15,873 nt of DNA from NCBI GenBank assembly GCA_037917625.1, contig JAVCBY010000034.1:1-15873 (forward strand). Direction: 5' to 3'. A program made the position numbers and the translations under genes. This document shows positions 8,478 to 15,873 of this stretch, piece by piece. This stretch comes from Thermoproteota archaeon. Its GTDB lineage: Archaea; Korarchaeota; Korarchaeia; Korarchaeales; Korarchaeaceae. The notes under the pieces are model-generated. The model did no database searches and had not been told where the DNA came from. It was given only the letters and a program-made list of their open reading frames with translations. The first letter of the stretch is position 1. Each line of letters opens with the position of its first letter.

Positions 8478-9307
8478 TCTCTCCACCCTATAACAACTTC
8501 CCCATCAACTTTGTAATATGCAGCAGGCTCCCGTACTTCAACAATGAACTCCGGTTCCTCAGTCCTCACCACTAATATGGGAATTCGGAAAGGTATTAGG
8601 GATCTTCCCTCCATGTACGTCAGAACGGGATTCACTCTCTCAGCATATCCTACATCCCTAGGGTTAATATACGCTTCATAAAGCCACTTCCTCTGGAGCT
8701 CCTCCAATGGTTGCACCCCCTTCATCACTGGAAAGCTGTATTTAGAATATATTCTTCCCTCTTCTGGGTTTATTCCATCCAATCTCCTCACATCTATGAC
8801 GGAGACTCTACTCTCCTTTGAACCCAGTCTGTGGATCCTCCAGAAATGACTCTCATCCAACTCCAGAGTTTTCCCTCCTAAATCGATTTTATCCTTTTTG
8901 AATACGAGGAGAAACCTGAGGGTAGGGGAATTCTCATCCAAACTGACTATAACAGTCTTCCCCCTAGCTGGTGAATCGTAAGAGGAAGTTATATTCTTGG
9001 GATCGGGGCAATGAACACCGGATGTCACTTTCACAGCTATTATCTTGTTTATATCCTCGTACTTAATAGGGACGCAGTTTATAGGCCTGATTCCAAAAGC
9101 CAAAAGGTCCCTACCTAACGATGATATGATCCCCCTCCCAGCGGATTCCCCCAGTCCGAGCTTCCTGGCGATAGATTCACCCAGAGCTCCCAAAAATGTA
9201 GTGGGTGGAGGGTAGTAGAAAGAGGGGGATGTCTTAGATAAGCCAGCTATCCTTGCCTGAAAACCCCAAACGAATTCTACATCTACTATGAATGCTGAAG
9301 TTTTCAT
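8474..9307 (-). CDS. cas5: Type I-A Cas5 (Cas5a)
   Basis: WGFQARIAGLSK..SFYYPPPTTFLGAL N-terminus and RLGSKES motif; ATG 9307 follows a GGAGTGA RBS. Confidence 0.93.
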   Translation of the reverse strand: MKTSAFIVDVEFVWGFQARIAGLSKTSPSFYYPPPTTFLGALGESIARKLGLGESAGRGIISSLGRDLLAFGIRPINCVPIKYEDINKIIAVKVTSGVHCPDPKNITSSYDSPARGKTVIVSLDENSPTLRFLLVFKKDKIDLGGKTLELDESHFWRIHRLGSKESRVSVIDVRRLDGINPEEGRIYSKYSFPVMKGVQPLEELQRKWLYEAYINPRDVGYAERVNPVLTYMEGRSLIPFRIPILVVRTEEPEFIVEVREPAAYYKVDGEVVIGWRE

Positions 9308-9311
9308 CAAA

Positions 9312-10343
9312 TCACTCCAGCCTCCTCTTCGCCTCATTCATTGCCTCAATCACGACTTCCTCGAATCCCGGCCCTCCCACGTACTTGAAGAGCTTCGTAT
9401 TGTAACTAACTTTCTTCGCCTTCTCCTCTGCTCTCTCCACGTAATTCTTAGAGAACGGGCTCGGAACAGCCCATATATCGTCGCTCACTGCTATAACTAA
9501 GGATTCCCACTCGATCACAGGGAGAAACCTCGTCCTCTTCGCTCCAAACATCATCTCTATCATGAATTTAGAGAGGGCATCTAAAGCTGTCCCTATCCTC
9601 TTCTTCCTCTCCTCCTCACTTACAACGACTTTACCAGCATTCTTCATGGAGAAAGTCGCTTTCCCTATGTATTTAGTATCTAGATCGAAACTGAACGTAT
9701 AAGCTGCGGAGGAGAGCTCTATGTAGTAGATCATCTGACCACCAGCTCTCGCTCCTTCCTCGACGAAGGGAGTGCCTAACGCATATCTCGTGTGGAGTTG
9801 AGGCTCTATCACAGTGCTCTCCAGCGACTCCCTAGTTGGTATCATATAACCTACGAAGAAATTAGAGGTCCTCTTAACGTTCCTCCCCTCCTCAGCTGAA
9901 GCATCCTTAACTTTCTTCCCTTCTTCAGCTGAAGCATCCTTAGCGCCTCTCCCTCTCTTGGCTGGAGCATAGAGGAAGCCCCCCACATCCTCTACGACGC
10001 ACCCCTTTATGACAGCATTTTCAAACTCGCTCACGTCCTTGGGCGGATTGTCTCCGAAGGACTCCTTGAAGACAGCATCATTCGTGCTCTTCAAGAAGTA
10101 TCCCTTGCTGCATAACTTACACACAGGCAAGTTCTTCCTTGCAGCTTCCTCAGCTAATACTTGCTGATATCCATGAGCTATGGATTCCCCACTCACTGAG
10201 GGGACGAAGTAAGTTGAGTATGTCCCCGGCATTATCACGGGGACTCTCCTATGCTTCACATAATTTCCAACGCTTTCCGTCATATTCAAGGCCTCAACAT
10301 TGATCAGGACCCTTCCCCTAACCGAGACGAATGGATCCACCAT
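9312..10343 (-). CDS. cas7: Type I-A Cas7/Csa2 backbone subunit
   Basis: EALNMTESVGNYVKHR, VSGESIAHGYQ, EDVGGFL, VKRTS and FGAKRTRFLP motifs typical of Csa2. Confidence 0.96.
   Translation of the reverse strand: MVDPFVSVRGRVLINVEALNMTESVGNYVKHRRVPVIMPGTYSTYFVPSVSGESIAHGYQQVLAEEAARKNLPVCKLCSKGYFLKSTNDAVFKESFGDNPPKDVSEFENAVIKGCVVEDVGGFLYAPAKRGRGAKDASAEEGKKVKDASAEEGRNVKRTSNFFVGYMIPTRESLESTVIEPQLHTRYALGTPFVEEGARAGGQMIYYIELSSAAYTFSFDLDTKYIGKATFSMKNAGKVVVSEEERKKRIGTALDALSKFMIEMMFGAKRTRFLPVIEWESLVIAVSDDIWAVPSPFSKNYVERAEEKAKKVSYNTKLFKYVGGPGFEEVVIEAMNEAKRRLE
9880..9942. repeat. 33-bp-period tandem duplication in cas7 (KDASAEEG x2)
   Basis: 9880-9909 vs 9913-9942 are 27/30 identical; reading frame preserved. 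Confidence 0.9.
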
Positions 10344-10354
10344 AATGACACCCC

Positions 10355-10678
10355 CTAATCCTTAAGTCTGGAGGCTATAGAGAGAGCCTTCGCCGCAATT
10401 AAGGAAACGACCTCCCTTAACTCCTTCATAGTGGATATCTTCTCTATATTCTGTATCTCCCTCTCCAAGAATTCCATGTTTATCTTCTCGGCCTCCTCAA
10501 GAGCTTTTGAATACTGCCATTGAGGATTATTTTTGAGGGACATGAAATCCCTCAAAGCCTCCCTCAGATAGTAGAGCACTAAATCCTTAGATGGCGCATA
10601 TCCAAGCTTATCCACATATGTGTAGCTCTCATTCTCAGCGACTAAAACAGCAAGTAGCTTAGCGATGTTTTCCATCAT
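10355..10678 (-). CDS. csa5: Type I-A small subunit Csa5 (Cas11)
   Basis: 107 aa, YTYVDKLGYAPSKDL..YLREALR motif, first gene upstream of cas7, with a GGTGA RBS. Confidence 0.9.
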   Translation of the reverse strand: MMENIAKLLAVLVAENESYTYVDKLGYAPSKDLVLYYLREALRDFMSLKNNPQWQYSKALEEAEKINMEFLEREIQNIEKISTMKELREVVSLIAAKALSIASRLKD

Positions 10679-10785
10679 AGTATCACCTTATGTGCTTAAG
10701 ATAGGCATGTTATTAAATAAAAACATTGCTGATCCTTATATCGCGAGCATAATGTATAAATATTGCATCATTCTACGTAAAGAGC
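10679..10785. promoter_or_regulatory. Divergent promoter region for the csa5 operon and csa3
   Basis: Minus-strand TTTTTATTTAA at 10713-10723; plus-strand TATAAATA at 10755-10762, about 24 nt before the csa3 ATG (leaderless geometry); imperfect palindrome at 10707-10726. Confidence 0.7.
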
Positions 10786-11421
10786 ATGCGAACTGCTCTA
10801 ATATCTACGCTCGGATTCGAGGAGAAGTTCTGCTATAGAGCGATATTGAGGCATGGAATAAAGGAAGGGGACAGGATAATCCTTTTTACAGCAGAATTGA
10901 TCGATAAAGTAGAGAGAGCATATGATTGGATAAAGAGATTAGTTCAGAGCTCATATGGAGACTCCGTCAGAGTGGATTTAATCCAGTTAGACCCTACTAA
11001 TCCAGTTAAATCGATAAAGAAAGTGCGTGAATTCTTAGATGAGCTGAATGAATTCAAAATAATCGTTAATTTGAGTGGGGGGATGAGAGCTATCATCATT
11101 TACGTGCTGCTAGCTTGCATGATGAGTCTCAGGGAGGATATAATCGTTGAGGTGGAGGCAGAGGATCTCTCCGGCCTATCTACGCTGGACTTCAAGATGC
11201 TGAAGCTCGTTAAGGAGGGAGCGAAGGAGGAGTGGCTCGATGTACTGAAGTGCATAGCTGATGGATCCCATGACGTGAGCTCAATAGCTAGGAAATTGAG
11301 GAAGGATAAGAGCACTGTGAGGAGGCAGCTCTCATCACTCGAGGGGAATGGACTCATAAGGGTCAGGAGAAGGAAGCCTCTGACAGTAGAGCTCTCAGAA
11401 CTCTCAGAGCTCATCCTCTAA
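10786..11421 (+). CDS. csa3: CRISPR-associated CARF + wHTH transcriptional regulator Csa3
   Basis: N-terminal ISTLGF, NLSGGMR motif, C-terminal HTH (SIARKLRKDKSTVRRQLSSLE). Confidence 0.95.
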   Translation: MRTALISTLGFEEKFCYRAILRHGIKEGDRIILFTAELIDKVERAYDWIKRLVQSSYGDSVRVDLIQLDPTNPVKSIKKVREFLDELNEFKIIVNLSGGMRAIIIYVLLACMMSLREDIIVEVEAEDLSGLSTLDFKMLKLVKEGAKEEWLDVLKCIADGSHDVSSIARKLRKDKSTVRRQLSSLEGNGLIRVRRRKPLTVELSELSELIL

Positions 11422-11422
11422 C

Positions 11423-11945
11423 TCATTCAAAGCATATCCCCTTAAAATCGCAGTTCTCGCAACTCCTCGATCTATAAGCTCTGGGGACCTCCCCCTCCAT
11501 TATCCTCCTGCACTTCTCTATAGCTCTGATCAGGAACCTCCTCTCACCATCCCCCACTCTCACCTCTATGAACCTCATCCCCTTGGTTAGGAGCAAAATG
11601 CCCGATTTAACTGGCCTCCCAATGGAGTCCTCCAGGAGCATAGCGTAAAGGGAGATGCTGTACTTCCACCATGGCCTCAGCCTCCCGCTGAACTTGACCT
11701 CCAAGGGCATTATCTCCCTTTCCCTCCTCACCACGAAATCTACCTTCCCTACTACTCCCAATCTATCGCTCCTCAGCTCAACTTCCTTTCCCAAGATCTC
11801 GAACTTCTTCCTTATCTCATCCTCAGCTTCCTCCTGAGCTCTCTTCCCCAGATGAGCCCAGAAGCCCTCCTGCCTATCTATCCCGAGGTGGTTCTTGTAG
11901 TAAAAGAGGAGAGGGCAGAAGAGGTACTCCTCTATCTCCCTGACG

Positions 11946-11965
<20 letters not shown>
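11423..11965 (-). CDS. cas4: CRISPR-associated Cas4
   Basis: EYLFCP, GKVD, EVK and a C-terminal CxxCxxxxxC Fe-S motif. Confidence 0.92.
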
Positions 11966-14168
<2,203 letters not shown>

Positions 14169-14190
14169 AAGGTCTCAGCTCAGTTACGAC

Positions 14191-14203
14191 TTAAAAACAT
14201 GCT
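14191..14203 (-). promoter_or_regulatory. Putative TATA box of the adaptation operon (leaderless cas1 mRNA)
   Basis: Minus strand ATGTTTTTAA about 23 nt upstream of the cas1 GTG; no RBS before cas1. Confidence 0.55.
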
Positions 14204-14304
14204 TGGGATAAAGAGGAAAGGATATTACTTGAAAGAGAGGAAGAGGTAAATGGATGATATCCTGCCTTGCCGAACGTTTATGCTCTTATGAAAGCTCGAG
14301 ATGA

Positions 14305-14323
14305 GTCTCGATAGGGTTGAAAG
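14305..14323 (+). repeat. Solitary degenerate CRISPR repeat
   Basis: GTCTCGAT------AGGGTTGAAAG vs array repeat GTCTCGATGAAAAGAGGATTGAAAG: 18 of 19 aligned nt identical, with a 6-nt deletion. Confidence 0.7.
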
Positions 14324-14602
14324 ATGCTGATACCAGAATCAAAATGAGAGGATTCCGTTACCATGAGTGGGGATGCACTGATGAGGTAGAGGTCTTCAGC
14401 TTAAGTTATTTTGAGATTTCAGTGGACGATTATTTAGGAGCTATAAGCTGATTATTCGGGGAGGCCTTGGGGAATTATATAACGCACGGGATATTGAGGA
14501 AAAGCAGGAGAGCCCTTACACACTCTACCCTAAGCAATGGGGACCAACAGCCTGACTCCCTCAAGTTAGCTCATCGATTATAATAACTGAGATTGCCCTC
14601 TA

Positions 14603-15172
14603 TCATCGATCAAGCGGCTTCTGAAATATTAGACCGACTATATAATTTGGAGGTACTTCCCTAACGAGATACACCTTCCCAGCTTTCCTTATCTCGAATC
14701 CATTATTTATCATAGCTCTTGCATCTACTTCGAGCACAACTACATCTTCGCCGTGCCTCCTAGCTACTATTAAGGCTTCCTCCACGGATGGGGATAAGTG
14801 CACGTACTTCCTCTTCCCAGGTTTTATTCCCTCCTCCCTTATCCTCCTCCAAGCCCTGAGAGTGGTGCCGTGGTATAGAGTAGCCACATCGCTCACCGGG
14901 ACTCCGGCCTCGACATCGATGCTGTGACCGTAGGTAGCCCTTATCCTCCCATCCCTCACCTCGAACCTACCCTTCTCATCCATCTCGACCAATCTGAGTA
15001 TGTGCTCGGGCCTGACCCACTCATATCCCCTCTTCTCAGCGATCCTCCTGGCGATCTCCTCCAAGGTGACGTTGGAGAAGCCCATCTCATCGAGGGAGAT
15101 CCCTATGTGAGAGGGATTGTGCCTCAGTATGTATGAGAGCAACTTGCTCAACTTCACCATTCTCCGCTCCAA
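14603..15172 (-). CDS. kptA: RNA 2'-phosphotransferase KptA/Tpt1 (start TTG 15172 or ATG 15160)
   Basis: LSKLLSYILRH, KGRFE, RIRATYGHS, LYHGT and VHLS motifs. Confidence 0.95.
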   Translation of the reverse strand: MERRMVKLSKLLSYILRHNPSHIGISLDEMGFSNVTLEEIARRIAEKRGYEWVRPEHILRLVEMDEKGRFEVRDGRIRATYGHSIDVEAGVPVSDVATLYHGTTLRAWRRIREEGIKPGKRKYVHLSPSVEEALIVARRHGEDVVVLEVDARAMINNGFEIRKAGKVYLVREVPPNYIVGLIFQKPLDR

Positions 15173-15361
15173 GTTTCCCACCTGAGAGGGGATGGAGGAT
15201 TTCAAAAATTAGGATGATGAGCCCAGCTTTAGTTCTCGATGCACACATGTAATATCGGGGTCACAGAAGTTTCAAACATGATCCCGTATGAAATTAGGGA
15301 TTAGCATGGGCACTAATACGAAAGCTACTTACTGCCCTTCAAACAATTCCAAAAGTAAAAG

Positions 15362-15799
15362 TCACCTCCAAAATCCCCTCTCCTCTAGAACAGGGATAAG
15401 CACCTCCGAGATCATTCCCACGTAGCTCTTCACCTTCTCCAGCACTTCCCTAGCGTAGCCTTCAGAGACAACTTCGGAAGCGGGTATCTCCTCATAACCG
15501 TACATCGCCGGTCCCCTTATAGCGGCTAACTCGGAGATCAACGATGATAATTCCTCAACGCAACTTCTTATAGTTTCAGGGAGCTTGTCAGAAATTGAGA
15601 GTAAGACAGGACTTACGTCATGCGTCTTAGGGTATTCTACTGCTAGGGCCCTTAAGAGAGACTTGGCTGCCATTTCAAGAGATTCCTGAGATCTCCTCAC
15701 GCATAGAGGATAATCCTCACGTCTAAATGCAGCTTCAGCCTCTTCTAAGCAAGAGAGAGAACGCTTAAGGTAATCAGCAGCCATTTGTAAGTTTATCAG
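15362..15799 (-). CDS. HEPN-domain protein of an MNT-HEPN pair (start CTG 15799 or ATG 15784)
   Basis: A..AF...DY....RSQESLEMAAKSLL, PKTHDV and R...MYG motifs. Confidence 0.9.
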   Translation of the reverse strand: MINLQMAADYLKRSLSCLEEAEAAFRREDYPLCVRRSQESLEMAAKSLLRALAVEYPKTHDVSPVLLSISDKLPETIRSCVEELSSLISELAAIRGPAMYGYEEIPASEVVSEGYAREVLEKVKSYVGMISEVLIPVLEERGFWR

Positions 15800-15873
15800 A
15801 TCTCCACCACCTCTCCTAGCTTGACATCTTGCTTCAGAATCCAGTACCACCCATCCCCCACTCTAACCTTCTT
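15796..15873 (-). CDS. C-terminal fragment of a minimal nucleotidyltransferase (MNT), partial at the window edge
   Basis: Not in the ORF track. Reads KKVRVGDGWYWILKQDVKLGEVVEI*, resembling the WxWxLK..GEV C-terminus of archaeal MNTs; its stop overlaps the HEPN start. Confidence 0.75.
   Translation of the reverse strand, partial: KKVRVGDGWYWILKQDVKLGEVVEI

Noticed and set aside
14344-14451. 35-codon + strand ORF (MRGFRYHEW...) as a CreT-like toxin or pseudogene remnant
   Set aside because: No clear RBS, no tandem rare-codon signature and no recognisable homology.
15800-15850. N-terminal extension of the HEPN ORF in the ORF track
   Set aside because: It overlaps the MNT C-terminus in another frame; the true start is at or after 15799.

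Overview
Archaeal type I-A CRISPR-Cas locus. The codon style is reminiscent of thermophilic Korarchaeia-like genomes, but that is inference only. 1-3845 is a CRISPR array of 60 x 25-nt repeats that probably continues past the left edge; it is transcribed on the minus strand from a leader at its right end. It is followed by a minus-strand interference operon (csa5-cas7-cas5-cas8a-[unknown Cys-rich ORF]-cas3'-cas3''), a divergent csa3 regulator, and a minus-strand adaptation operon (cas1-csa1-cas2-cas4). The window ends with kptA/tpt1 and an MNT-HEPN pair; no cas6 is present. Most notable: (i) a perfect 31-bp duplication flanking a 35-bp unique in-frame insert inside cas3', which looks like an off-target spacer integration; (ii) chimeric oversized spacers with the same duplication-plus-~34-nt-insert geometry; (iii) an unrecognised 10-Cys protein translationally coupled inside the Cascade operon; (iv) a solitary degenerate CRISPR repeat upstream of cas1; (v) a repeat-variant switch in the 9 leader-proximal repeats.
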